A DNA stretch of 63,642 bases, counting the filler, from Reclinomonas americana ATCC 50394 (lineage: Eukaryota), in assembly GCA_048213135.1 (NCBI GenBank). It is 7 parts of 3 records of this genome, joined end to end, with 100 filler letters (N's around TTAATTAATTAA, not from the genome) between each part and the next. Parts side by side here need not be neighbours in the genome. Positions count along the whole stretch, not along the records: positions 1 to 16,152 come from PS015059.1; 6 more parts are not named here. One strand, given 5' to 3'. Position 1 is the stretch's first letter. Each line of letters starts with the position of its first letter. Both the position numbers and the translations under genes were made by a program. A model generated the notes under the pieces. It was not told the origin of the DNA. It saw only the letters and a program-made list of their open reading frames with translations, and did no database searches. Below are positions 1 through 11,525 of the stretch, piece after piece.

Positions 1-255
1 GAGAGAGAGAGATGCAGCGAAGGAAGACGGAAACAGAAAGTAAACCTTGATGGTTGAACGTGGGCAGGTGGATGAATAGCAAAAGAAAGAAAGCTCGACA
101 ACCCAAAGACTCGATCCGAGAGAAAAGATCCAGTAAGCGAGCGTGAGGCTGAGATACACCAACAGGCAATGGAACGAGAGCAGAGAGGGAGAATAAAAAG
201 AGAAAGCGGCCCTTCTGATCTCCTCCACCTCCTTCTGATCTCCTCTCAACGCAAC

Positions 256-1217
256 ATCCGCATCATCATCCTTCTCAAACAGCGCAGCAGCGGAAGTGTC
301 GACCGTCTGCACGTCGTCGGTCTCGCCAAGAGCACCCTGCCGTCGCCAACAAGTCAGTCACTTCCAAAAAGCTGCAAACCAACCCTTGTTCTCCTTCCGC
401 ACCTTTCGCACACGCCTCTCCAGCTGCACGTCGTCGTCATCCTCCTCCTCAATGTCCTCCACATCCACATTGTCCTCGAGGCCCTCGAAACGATCGGCCT
501 CGAACTCGTCGTCCATGTTGCGATAGACCTTCTTCGGCCGTTTCTTCGCGCTGCCGTCGTCGCCGTCCTTCTTCGACTTTTTCTTCTTCTTGCCCTTCTC
601 GCCACCCTCCTCACCCTCGCCGTCACCGTCGCCGCCGTCGTCCTCGGCCGCGGCGCCAACCAGCTTGTAGTAGTTTTGGTCGCGCTTCGACACGTCTTCC
701 ACGTCGACCGAATTCACAAAGCGCAGCACCGGCTCGAATTGGAACCAATCGGCCACCGGCACCACACGAAACGCTGCCGACCTTTCCTGTGGTAGTGGAG
801 GAGGAGGGGAGGGTGAGGAGAAGAGATAACGAAGGGTGGTTAGGGCGAGAACGCAACATCGCGAATCAGCAGCATGTAGTCCTCCGACTTCTGCCCGCGC
901 ACCAGCTCGCCGTGGAACAGGCGTCCGTCTTTGCGACCGCCCTCCTCGATGAACCACGGGAAGGAACGCTCCTCGAATCGCTCGCTCAACGTCTCCTTTT
1001 CCTCGATGGTTCCGCGGGTGGTGATGATGCCGCGGCGCTTTTTGCGGGTGGGCATGCGGTCGGCCAGGCCGTTGAGCTGCGAGGGAGGGGGATAAGGGGG
1101 GAGAAGAGGGAAAGGGGACGAGGTGAGTGGATCACGAGAGAGCGGAGGAAAGTGAACGAGTGAATTGGATTGAAAACCAGGCAAATGAGCAGCACGTGGA
1201 AACGTGATCGGTGACAC

Positions 1218-1251
<34 letters not shown>

Positions 1252-2755
1252 GTGGAACGAATGCAAAACAAGGCAGCGATTGGGAGCACGAGCGAGAAGG
1301 AAGAAAGGGCAGGAACGACTGTGGTAGCGAGCAAAGGGCTTAAGAGCTGCTCACGAGTTGTCTCTCTCCCGCCCGGTCTTCATGCTCCACAATCTCAGCA
1401 CAGCGACTAAGGCAACGAAGCTTCCCGTTCGCTCAAAGCATTCTCTCATTCTGCAGCAAGAGGGTCATTTCTCAACAAAACAAGGCTCCCTCTCTCTTTC
1501 CTCGCTCTCTGCACAACGAGAGAGACACGTCTCTCTACCTTCTCGCTCAACAGAGTTAGTTGATTAAACGAGAAGTAAGAAAGCTCTCCCTCATGTGTAT
1601 GTGTGCTCTGCACAACGCGTGCTGGAGCAGGAGGGTTATTCTGGTGTCGTGTCTCACTCCTCTCTGTGTGTACATGACGTACGGAAGCACGAGGGTCATT
1701 GTTGAGTTGCGAAGGCTTTCCTCTCGTGCACAACGAGTGAATGCTCACGCTCAAATAGAGTCGTACTCAAACAGCATCTCCCTCCTTCTCTCTTCTCTCT
1801 GTGTGCATGTGTGTGTGCGCTATGAACAACGCGTACGGAAGCACGAAGGTCATTGTTGAGTAGCGAATGCTTCCCTCTCTTGCACAACGAGTGAAGGCTC
1901 AGGCACAAATAAAGTCGTACTCAAAACAGAATGCCTCCTCCTGACTCCCTCTCTGCGTATGTGCGTGTGTGCGCTATGAACAACGCGTACGGAATCAGGA
2001 GGGTTGTTGATCGCGAAGGCTTTCCTCTCTTGGATAACGAGAGAAGGCTCACGCAAGAGAGTCGTAGTCAAACATAACGCTCCCTCCTCCTCTCACCCTC
2101 TCTCTCTCTCTCTGAGCATGTGTGTGCGTGCGCTCTGCAAAACGCGTGATAGATCAAGACAGTAATTCTCATTTCGAGAAGGCGCCCTCTCTCTGCATGT
2201 CTCCGCCCATGGAATGCACAACGGGTGAAGGCCCACGCGCAAAGAGAGTCGTAGTGAAATACAACGTTCTCTCTACTCTCTCTGAGCATGTGTGTGTGCG
2301 CGCTCTGCACAACGCGTGATAGATCAAGACAGTCATTCACATGTCGAGAAGGCCCCTCTCCCCCCGCGGAATGCACAACGGGTGAAGGCCCATGCGCAAA
2401 GAGAGTCGTATTCAAAACACAACGCTCCCTCCCACACACACACACACACACACCCTTTCCCCTCAAACGATCTCCGAAAAATGCAATTCTTGAATGAGTT
2501 GTCCCCCTCCCCTCCCCTTCCCCTCCCCTACCCCCTCGCCCTCACCTCCGCCTCACTGGGAAACTCGCGTCGCGCCCACACAGGCGGCTTCCATTTCCCA
2601 AATTTCACCTCCTCCGCCGAGAAGCTCGCCACCAAATGCGGTCTCAACGACGGCGCCTGTGTCGCATCAAACGCCACCAGAGGAAACTCACGAACAGTCG
2701 ATCCACTTGCAGCAACAGTAGTCGTGGAAGAGGAGGAAGATGAGGGTGGAGGCAT
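256..2755 (-). CDS. GTF2F1: Transcription initiation factor IIF large subunit (RAP74/Tfg1-like), 5' part; continues off the window start
   Basis: Inferred exons 2546-2755, 858-1076, 403-786, 256-336, all phase 0 with GT-AG. The product ...VKFGKWKPPVWARREF...FPWFIEEGGRKDGRLFHGELVRGQKSEDYMLLIRD-ERSAAFRVVPVADWFQFEP matches the RAP74 N-terminal PW...F.G...YY...F.AFPV..WY.F.P pattern and is followed by Lys-rich and acidic tracts. Confidence 0.8.
1585..2430. repeat. Degenerate tandem repeat inside TFIIF intron 1
   Basis: Recurrent motifs ctctgcacaacgcgt, cacaacgagtgaaggctcacgc and gagtcgtactcaaa, repeated about 5 times. Confidence 0.7.
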
Positions 2756-3304
2756 GGATGCAGCTGATGCAGTTGCGGAGAGTGGAGCGCGCATCAGTCC
2801 AAGTCGACGTGCGCCACCGCCCAGTGCGCTCAGGAGACCGCGTGGAGCAGCAGGTGTCTGTGTGTCACAAGTGAGTGGAAAAAATGGAGGGAAAATATGA
2901 TTGTGAGCAAAGAAGGCAAACTGCAATTGGCGTGGCAAGAGGAGGTGCTGCTCCTGCTGCTGCTGGTGTGGTGGTGGTTGTGGTGCTTGTTGTCTCCCCG
3001 CTCATTGTGCAAACGTGGATTGGAAGTGTGGTGGGACCGCAGGACGCACATCCATGCATCCAACAACAACACAAATTGGCAACAAACTGCCAATCGAAAC
3101 AGCAGCAAACAGAGCTGCATAATGATCACCGTCTTGAGAGAGCACCAAGGGAACAACGGAGACAACACGTCGAAATGCCCATGCGGAGCTCATAATTCAA
3201 CAACAGCAATTCATTCACCACCAACAAACAAGCAACAGCTGTCTTGATGACCAAGTTCAACCGTACCCAAAACATCAACACAAACACAATCTTTTCGAAT
3301 TCAT

Positions 3305-3925
3305 TCAGTGACATTTCCCTGCGGTATTCGCCATTACCCACATGTAGATGCCACTAGCCGAACAAAAGAGCGCCAGCACAACGCTCACAGCTGCACACGT
3401 ACTACCAAGCGTCGCATACTTCTCGTCTGGCACCGCCAGGCACAAAATACATCGCAGTGGAATTTCGAAAACTCCCTTGTAGAGGAGATAAAACTTGAAA
3501 AAGTTGGAGAAGAACGCACCGATGGAATCCGTTGCCGCACACCCAACCATGAATTTCGGATCCACGAAGGCAGCAGTCGCGTACAGCACGTCACTCAAGA
3601 AGTCAAACAGCACGTAGCCGAAGATGAGAAAGAAGTAGGCGGACATGCATATGGTGGCAGCGTCGCCCTTTCGGCGACGGCAGCAACAGGCAATCAAATG
3701 TCCTAAGACCACCACCAGCGCGAACAGACACACACAGAGCGCAATGAGGCATAGGACGGCGAGCGGCATGACGCGACGCGGAGTGGCAGAGAGCTTGGTC
3801 GCAAACTGCCACTTGATGATGAAGCCTTCCATGAAGACTGCAATGTCAATGATAGAGACGACCATGACTGCGACTGAGCTCTGCGAGCGAGCAAGCCAAC
3901 GACAGAGTGATGGTTTTCTCTCCAC
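3305..3925 (-). CDS. Intronless multi-pass membrane protein of unknown function
   Basis: 206-aa ORF with about 5 hydrophobic segments and motifs DFLSDVLY and KGVFEIP. The start codon is uncertain (may be the Met at about 3865). Confidence 0.5.
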   Translation of the reverse strand: MERKPSLCRWLARSQSSVAVMVVSIIDIAVFMEGFIIKWQFATKLSATPRRVMPLAVLCLIALCVCLFALVVVLGHLIACCCRRRKGDAATICMSAYFFLIFGYVLFDFLSDVLYATAAFVDPKFMVGCAATDSIGAFFSNFFKFYLLYKGVFEIPLRCILCLAVPDEKYATLGSTCAAVSVVLALFCSASGIYMWVMANTAGKCH

Positions 3926-4308
3926 AAAACCGAGAAACTGAAGAGAGCTGTCATGACAGGCTGATAGAATCCGACAAACAAGGCATCACACCGCTGCATG
4001 ATCGATCGTACAATTGTCTGCCTGGCATACGGCATGCGGCATGCTCCCACGACGTCCCGAGGTCGCGGTCGAGTCGACAGCGACTCTGCGGAGTGGGGCC
4101 CTGGTCTCAACGCCACCGAAACCGACAATTCGTTACGCACACATCACCTCACGCCTCCCTCCCACTCTGCGTTGGCGTCGTCGCCGTGCCCGACTGCTCC
4201 ATTGTATGATTTAAATGAACCTCTTAAGCCATCACCAACCTTCACTTGCAACACAAGCTTACAGCGAAGAGAAAAACAATTAGCGAACAGTGACGCAGAC
4301 TTAGAATC

Positions 4309-5439
4309 TCAGTCAACCACCCAAAACCTTTGCCTAACGAGGCACCGATACACCACTGCCTCTGCCTCCTCCACCACGAAACAGCGCAGTACCATCTCCG
4401 GCAAGCATCGCTCCTCCTGCTCCTCCTGCATCTCCTGCACAGCCTCCAATGCCAATCGCGCCCAGTCGAGCTCAAAGCGGGCGAGGCCACACGGCGTCGA
4501 CCACACGCGAATCGTCTCATCGGAGCCACCGCTCACAACATGCTGACCATCGCGAGAGGCGGCAATGCACTGCACCGTTTTTGTGTTGCCCTCCAGCTGT
4601 TGCACTTCCTCGCCACTCATCAATGACCGCACTCGCACGACCGTGTCGGAGCTCCTCCTGCTCACAATGAACTGATTGTCGAGGACAACAGTGGTAGAGC
4701 GCGCCAATTGCAAGGACGGCCGTTCAGCAATCTGTCGAACCTCCTCCCCAGTTGCCAGCGACCACACCCGCACTGAACAGGTAAACGTCGGTATGCAGGC
4801 TCCGGGACGCCGCACTCCGTTCACGCACTCACAAACAACCAGGTGACCATCAGGAGTGACTGCCACAGAAAAGACAAAATAGCCATGGCACTCCGCCGTC
4901 TGCTGCAACTGCAACGCCGCCTCTCCACTCGTCAGCGACAGCACACGCGCTGTACTGTCCCCGTGACTGCCAGTCACAACGTGCTGACTGTCAGGAGTGA
5001 TGGCGACAGACAGCACAGCGCCAGTGAAGCCTTCGAATCGCCGCAATTCCTCTCCCGTCGCCAATGACCACACTCGCACGGTCCTGTCACCACTCCCGCT
5101 TACTATGTGCTGATTATCGGGAGTGATGGCAACAGAGAGCACCTCTTTCGTGTGTCCCTCCAATATCCGCACTTCGTCGCCACTCGCCAGTGACCACACT
5201 CGCACTGTTGCGTGCTCACTCCCGCTGACAACGAGCTGCCCGTCGGGAGTGACGGCGACACATCGCACAGCGCCAGTGTGCCCCACCAGCCGCCGCAGCT
5301 CGGTGCAAGTAAGCAGGGACCACACTCGCACTGTCGCATCAGCGCCGCCACTCGCAATGTGGAGCGCGTTGGGAGAGAAGGCAATGGACAGCACTGGACC
5401 TGTGTGTCCGCGCAGACATTTGGGGGTGGTGGAGAACAT
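4309..5439 (-). CDS. Intronless WD40-repeat protein, copy 1
   Basis: About 7 GH...SVAxTPDG...VSGS.D.TVRVW repeats. Start MFSTTPKC is shared with copy 2. Confidence 0.9.
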   Translation of the reverse strand: MFSTTPKCLRGHTGPVLSIAFSPNALHIASGGADATVRVWSLLTCTELRRLVGHTGAVRCVAVTPDGQLVVSGSEHATVRVWSLASGDEVRILEGHTKEVLSVAITPDNQHIVSGSGDRTVRVWSLATGEELRRFEGFTGAVLSVAITPDSQHVVTGSHGDSTARVLSLTSGEAALQLQQTAECHGYFVFSVAVTPDGHLVVCECVNGVRRPGACIPTFTCSVRVWSLATGEEVRQIAERPSLQLARSTTVVLDNQFIVSRRSSDTVVRVRSLMSGEEVQQLEGNTKTVQCIAASRDGQHVVSGGSDETIRVWSTPCGLARFELDWARLALEAVQEMQEEQEERCLPEMVLRCFVVEEAEAVVYRCLVRQRFWVVD

Positions 5440-5871
5440 AAGGGAGGGAGAGGGAGGGAGGGGGAGGGGGAAAGGAAGAGAATGAAGAGTCCGTGGCGGG
5501 TTTCGTTTCGTGTTGTGATCCGAGTTGTGTTCGAAAAGTCCTGGCAGATGGGGACGACAACTCGACGCATCCACACTGCGATCTGCCGTGGGGGAGTGTA
5601 CTTCGACAAGGTATGTCGAGGAGCAACTGTGACTATCTGCTGCTTTGTTACGAAGGATCGCGTCGACGTCAATTTTTTCATAGACAACAACTTCTCGGCG
5701 TATACGTCACCTCACGCCTCCCTCCCACTCTGCGTCGTCGTCGTCGTGCTCCGACTGATCCATTGCATGATCTAAATGAACCTCTTAAGCCATCGCCCAA
5801 CCTTCACTTGCAACACAAGCTTACAGCGAAGAGAAAAACAAACAACGAACAGTAACGCAGACTTAGAAGAC

Positions 5872-7011
5872 CTATCTCGCTCTCTCCCAGTCAACCACCC
5901 ACAACCTTTGCCTAACGAGGCACCGATACACCACCACCTCCGCCTCCTCCACCATGAAACAGCGCAGCACCATCTCCGGCAGGCATCGCTCCTCCTGCTC
6001 CTCCTGCATGTCCTGCACAGCTTCCAACGCCAAACGCGCCCAGTCGAGCTCAAAGCGGGCGAGGCCACACGGCGTCGACCACACGCGAATCGTCTCATCG
6101 GTGCCTCCACTCACAACATGCTGCCCATCGCGAGAGGCGGCAATGCGCTGCACCGTTTTTGTGTTGCCCTCCAGCTGTTGCACTTCCTCGCCACTCGTCA
6201 ATGACCGCACTCGCACGACCGTGTCGGAGCTCCTCCTGCTCACAATGAACTGATTGTCGAGGACAACAGTGGTAGAGCGCGCCAATTGCAAGGACGGCCG
6301 TTCAGCAGTCTGTCGAACCTCCTCCCCAGTTGCCAGCGACCACACCCGCACTGAAAAGGTAATCGTCGGTACGCAGGCTCCGGGATGTCGCACTCTGTTC
6401 ACGCACTCACACACAGCCAGCTGACCATCGGGAGTGACAGCAACAGACAACACTAAGCAACCATCCTCCAGCTGCTGCAACTGCAACGCCGCCTCTCCAC
6501 TCGTCAGCGACAATACACGCGCTGTATTGTCGCCGACGCTGCCAGCCACAACGTGCTGACTGTCAGGAGTGATGGCGACAGACAGTACCGAGCGAGTGAA
6601 ACCGTCGAATCGTCGCAATTCCTCTCCCGTCGCCAGTGACCACACGCGCACGGACTTATCGTGGCTCCCGCTCACGATGTGCTGACCATCGGGAGTGACG
6701 GCGACAGAGTTGACTCCTCCAGCATGTCCCTCCAACCGTCGCACTTCCTCGCCACTCGCCAGTGACCACACTCGCACGGTTGCGTGCTCACTCCCGCTGA
6801 CAACGAGCTGCCCGTCGGGAGTGACGGCGACACATCGCACAGCGCCAGTGTGCCCCACCAGCCGCCGCAGCTCGGTGCCAGTAAGCAGGGACCACACCCG
6901 CAATGTCCCATCAGCGCCGCCACTCACAATGTGGAGCGCGTTGGGAGAGAAGGCAATGCACGACACTGGGCCACTGTGTCCGCACAGACATTTGGGGGTG
7001 GTGGAGAACAT
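5872..7011 (-). CDS. Intronless WD40-repeat protein, copy 2 (tandem duplicate)
   Basis: 379-aa ORF highly similar to copy 1. The duplication includes flanks (about 4144-5450 vs 5707-7030). Confidence 0.9.
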   Translation of the reverse strand: MFSTTPKCLCGHSGPVSCIAFSPNALHIVSGGADGTLRVWSLLTGTELRRLVGHTGAVRCVAVTPDGQLVVSGSEHATVRVWSLASGEEVRRLEGHAGGVNSVAVTPDGQHIVSGSHDKSVRVWSLATGEELRRFDGFTRSVLSVAITPDSQHVVAGSVGDNTARVLSLTSGEAALQLQQLEDGCLVLSVAVTPDGQLAVCECVNRVRHPGACVPTITFSVRVWSLATGEEVRQTAERPSLQLARSTTVVLDNQFIVSRRSSDTVVRVRSLTSGEEVQQLEGNTKTVQRIAASRDGQHVVSGGTDETIRVWSTPCGLARFELDWARLALEAVQDMQEEQEERCLPEMVLRCFMVEEAEVVVYRCLVRQRLWVVDWERAR

Positions 7012-7299
7012 GAAAGAGGGGGAGAGAGGAGAGGGAGGGGCGAGTAAGTGAGTGAGTGTGAGTGTGTGTGTGTGTGAGAGAGAGAGGGAGAAAGAGAGGA
7101 GGCAACGCAGTCTCTTTGACAGCTACGTATTGATTGGTGAGAAAGTCCTGGCGAATGGGGACGACATTGAAACTCGCGTGGACTGTGGACGTGGAGTGAG
7201 CGTACTCTGACTCTGCACCTGTCACTCCACTCTGTCTCGAGTCTTCAAGGGAAGAAAGCAACTTCAGGACGTCGACGTCGACGTCGACTTCTTTTCATC

Positions 7300-10200
7300 A
7301 TGCGCGTTGTGTCGTGGAATGTCAACGGCTATCGCGCTCTGCTCAGCAAGTCAGAGTCGACCTTTGTCTCTGTCTTACAGGCACGCCTTCCCCCCCCATT
7401 TCACTCAACACGCACGCTGTCTCTCACTGACTGTTTGCATGCATGCATGCAAGGACTGGAATGCCGACTATGTGTGCCTGCAAGAGACGCGACTCAGTCG
7501 CCCAGAGGACATCGCCACACCCGCAGCCGCCTTTCCCACCGGCTATCTCAGGTGTGCCACCTGTTGCCCACCGACTCAGAGTCCTTCCTCTACCTCTCAA
7601 ATTCATTTTTTGAAGTTTCTGGTCAGTGGCCAAGCACAAAGGTGGATGGAGTGGCGTGTGTATCATGAGTCGCAGGCAGCCTGTGGCTGTGTGGGAAGGC
7701 GTGCAGGTGGCGCCTGGCGATGAGGCGCTCAATGAGGAAGGACGAGCGGTGGCAGTGGTCAGTTGGTGTTCGGATCTTTTGTTGTCTCTTGCTGCTCATT
7801 GGTGTGGTGCAGGATACGGGTGCGGTGGTGCTGTATAATATCTGTTGCGTTTTCTTAGCTTGTTTCTGCTTGTGGCGTGTCCGCGGCGAGCTCACTTGTG
7901 ATGTTTGGTGCAGATTTTCCGAATGCTGGCATGGTTTGAAAGGCAAAGAGAGCCTCGACTCTCCTCCTGCTGCTGTTTTCGTTGTTCCAGCTCTGCTACT
8001 CCTCTTCCTCCTCCTCCTCGCCCTCCTCGTCGCCCTCCTCCTCATTCTTCTTGCTCTTCCCCTCGTCAATTTTTGTGGGCTTCTTCTTCTTCTTGTTGTT
8101 GTTCTTCTCCCTCTCCTCCTCCTCCTCCTCCGCATCCTGCTGCTGCTGCTTCTGTTGTTGTTGTTGTTGTTGTTCCACTCTCTCCTCTTCCTGCTCCTCT
8201 GCTTCCTTCCTCCACAAGGTTCTCGTCCTCCTCACCTCCTCTGCTTGCTGCTCTTGTATTCTCTGTGATTCTGCTCGTCCTCCTTCTTCTTTCGCATATC
8301 ATCTTCCCTTCTCACCCTCTTTCTCCACGTCCTCTGCTGCCGTTTCATTCTCGTCTCCTCCTCCTCCTCCTCCTCCACCACCACCACCACCACCACCACC
8401 ACCACCACCACCACCACCACCACCACCACCACCACCACCACCACCACCACCACCTTCCCTTTCCCATTTCCTCCCCCTCCCCGTTCTCATCGTCCTCTTC
8501 CTCCCTCCCCTCTTCCTTCCCTCGTCTCCTCCCTCCTTCTCCTCCTCCTCCTCATCCTCATCCTTTCCCCTCCCATCCCTCACCCTCACTCTCCTTCTCC
8601 CTCCTCCTTTTCTCTCATCTCCCCCGCAGGGCCCCGAACGCCTCGACGCCAAACGTCGCTACTGCGCAGCCGTGGAGCGCACGCTGCGGTACTGGGCCGA
8701 GGAGAAGCAGCGCGATGTGGTCCTCGTTGGCGATTTCAACATTGTTCACCGACGAGAGGATATCTGGAACCCCACGGTGCGCGGGGCTTCCTTGTTCGTG
8801 TATTGCCACGATGCTCACTCGTGGGGGGAATGCAGAAAGTGAAGATCGGTGCATGCCTCACTCCCATGGAGGTTCGTTTGCGCACACTCTGCGTCTCCTC
8901 TGTTCGCCAAGTGGCTGACCGTTGCTTGTAGCGCACGTGGCTCGATCGCGTGCTGGGCTCGCAGCACGACGCGTTTGCGCGTGACCACGAGGTTGACTTG
9001 CAGCAAGCGCGGTGAGTCGCCAGGCACTGAATGTGAATCGGTGTTTCACGCTCTCACGGTGCACGCAGCGCACAATGGGATCGCGATGCTCCATGGACAC
9101 CTGGCGGCTTTGTGGACACCTTCCGCCACGTGCATCCCGACCGTCCCGACGCTTTTACGTGGTTCAGCATGCGCACCAGTGCGAGGTGCGGCTGTCTTCT
9201 TCTCTGTTGCATTGCGTCGTGTGCCAACTCGCTGCGGCTGCAGAGTAAGAGGGGAAGGCTGGCGACTGGACTACGCGCTGGTCAATGAGCGCCTCCGCGA
9301 CAAGATCACCGACGTTGGCATTCACACGGTGCGTGTGGGAAGACGAGTAGGAGCTTCTGTTAGCGTTCCTGCGTCGTCGTCTCTCACTCTCTCTCTCTCT
9401 GTCTCTTTCGCTCTGCGAGTGCATCACAATCTACCACCTCTCCGTTCTTCTCCTCCATTGTTCTCGTTGTACTTGTTGTTGTCATTGCAGTTGTTGGTTT
9501 TGCTCTCATTAATCTTCTCCTGCTTGTCCTCCACTTCTTCCTCCTTTCAGCTTCTTGTTATCCTTGCTCTTGTTCCTCTGGTCATCCTCCGCTTCCCCCT
9601 CCTCCTCTTCCTCCTCTTCCAGTTTTCTCCTTTCCTACACCACTCCTCTGCTCCTTTGCTTCTCCATTCGTTTGCTGCCCTCCTCCTTCACTTCTCCTCC
9701 TCTTTTCCTTCTCCTCCTCCTCCTCCTTCTCCTCCTTTCCTTCTCCTCCTCCTCCTTCCCTTCTCCTCCTCTTTTCCTTCTCCTTCTCCTCCTCCTTCTC
9801 CTCCTCCTCCTCCTCCTCCTCCTCCTCACCCCTACCCCCTTCCCCTTCTCCTCCTCCTCCTCCTTCCCTTTCCCGTTGCCTTCCCCACCCTCACCCTCTA
9901 CATTCGCCCAGTCCATCACCGGCAGCGACCACGTACCCATCCACGTCGACCTGGACATCCCCGAACCCGGCACCGACGTCGCCCTCGACCGCCACGGCAT
10001 CCCCACCGGCGACCCGCTCCACTCCATCGACGCTCGCTCCTGGGTGAAGCCACCAAGCGCCGCCGCACAGCGCACACTCAAGGGCTTCTTCAGCAGCGGC
10101 GCCAAGCGCACCTCCAGCGAAATGAGCAGCCCACCTCCAATCGAGGAGCAAGCAAGTGGAAGCGGCGTGATCGACGTCGACGTGGAAGAAGCAGAAAAAG

Positions 10201-10325
10201 AAGAAAAAGAAGGATCGCCACCACAGAAGCGAAGTCGCACAAAGCCGACCAAGTCAAAACCGAAAAAGCCAGTCGATCCGCGACAGAGAACGCTGTTTGG
10301 TGCACCACCACCACAAGACAAGTGA
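7300..10325 (+). CDS. Exonuclease III-family AP endonuclease with C-terminal PIP box (about 11 exons)
   Basis: Motifs SWNVNG, DYVCLQET, KGGWSGV, YFPN, VLVGDFN, FVDTFR, GWRLDY and GSDHVP occur in order across exons. The tail contains QRTLKGFF (QxxLxxFF). Confidence 0.9.
8376..8453. repeat. (CCA)n microsatellite in an intron
   Basis: About 26 perfect CCA units. Confidence 0.9.
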
Positions 10326-10353
10326 AGAGTTGTCCTGTTTGCATTCGTCAATC

Positions 10354-11452
10354 ATGAGCGCAGAAGACGCGCCTGGGGTACGCCTCCTCTCCCTTCTCTC
10401 ACTCACACCTCCTCTCACTCACACCTCCTCTCACTCTTCCCTCCTCCCGCCACACACAGCTCCCTCTCTCCTCCATTCAAATCCGCGACCCTTTCATCTT
10501 CCACGACCGCGCCTCCTCTCGGTACATCCTCACAGGCACCACCGATCGCGATCCTTGGCAGGCAGTAGGCGTCGGATTCGACGCCTACACAAGCTCCGAC
10601 TTGCGCACCTGGCACGGTCCATTTGCGGCCTTCCGACCTTCTTCGGAAGATCCCAGGTGGTCGACTACAGTGAACTTTTGGGCGCCTGAAGTGCACGAGT
10701 GGCACGGGCGATTCTTCTTGTTTGCCTCCTTCAAAGCCGCGGGAGCTTGTCGCGGAACACATGTGCTAGTGGCCGAGGATGCACTGGGACCGTATGTGGA
10801 GCACAGTCGGGGAGCTGTGACCCCGAGTGACTGGGAGTGCTTGGATGGGACGCTGTATGTGGACGCGCAAGGGCAGCCGTGGATGGTGTTTTGTCGCGAA
10901 TGGGTGCAGATTGGCGACGGGAGCATGGAGGCAGTGCGTTTGTCGGAGGATTTGCGGGAGGCGGTCGGTGAGCCGCGGAGGTTGTTTACGGCGTCGGAGG
11001 CGGTGTGGGCGAGGCGGATTGACTGTGTGGCGGAGGAGTGGTGTGCGGCGTTTGCGCCGCGGTGTGAGGAAGGGTGGGTCACTGATGGGCCGTTTCTGTG
11101 GAGGCATGCGTCGAGTGGTGCGCTGTGCATGTTGTGGTCGACCGATGGGCACGAGGGCTACGCCATGTTGCGTGTCTCGCTCTGTCTCTTCTTTCCTCTT
11201 CTCCTCACCTCCTTTGTCGGGGACAGGGGCGTGGCGGTCAGCGACTCGGGCAGCGTGGAAGGCCCGTGGCGGCAACTGGCCAAGGCGCTGTTCACCCGCG
11301 ACGGTGGCCACGGTATGCTGTTCCGACGCTCGGACGACGAGCAGCTGATGCTCACACTGCATCGCCCCAACAACACGCCCGACGAGCGCGCCGAGTTCTT
11401 TCGGGTGCGGGAGGTGTCGGCCGACGAGGGCTACTTGGTGATCGAGACGTAA
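10354..11452 (+). CDS. Glycoside hydrolase family 43 (bacterial-type five-bladed beta-propeller), 3 exons
   Basis: IRDPFI...TGTTD, FWAPEVH, CLDGTLY, EWVQIGDG, VTDGPF and DGGHGMLF motifs. Introns at about 10378-10459 and 11167-11226; the latter is 60 nt and in frame, and its removal restores GYAMGVAVS. Confidence 0.9.
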
Positions 11453-11525
11453 ACAGAGAGAGGGCGCAAGCGATTTCATCATCATCATCATCATCATCAT
11501 AAAAAGTAATTGAGGTTGGTTATGT

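Noticed and set aside
1585-2430. Repeat-spacer-like look of intronic arrays (CRISPR-like)
   Set aside because: Units are degenerate, the intervening sequences are homologous, there are no cas genes, and the context is a eukaryotic intron.
7720-8918. Long ORFs with poly-His, poly-Pro and poly-Leu tracts
   Set aside because: Translations of intronic CT/CCA microsatellites inside the AP endonuclease gene.
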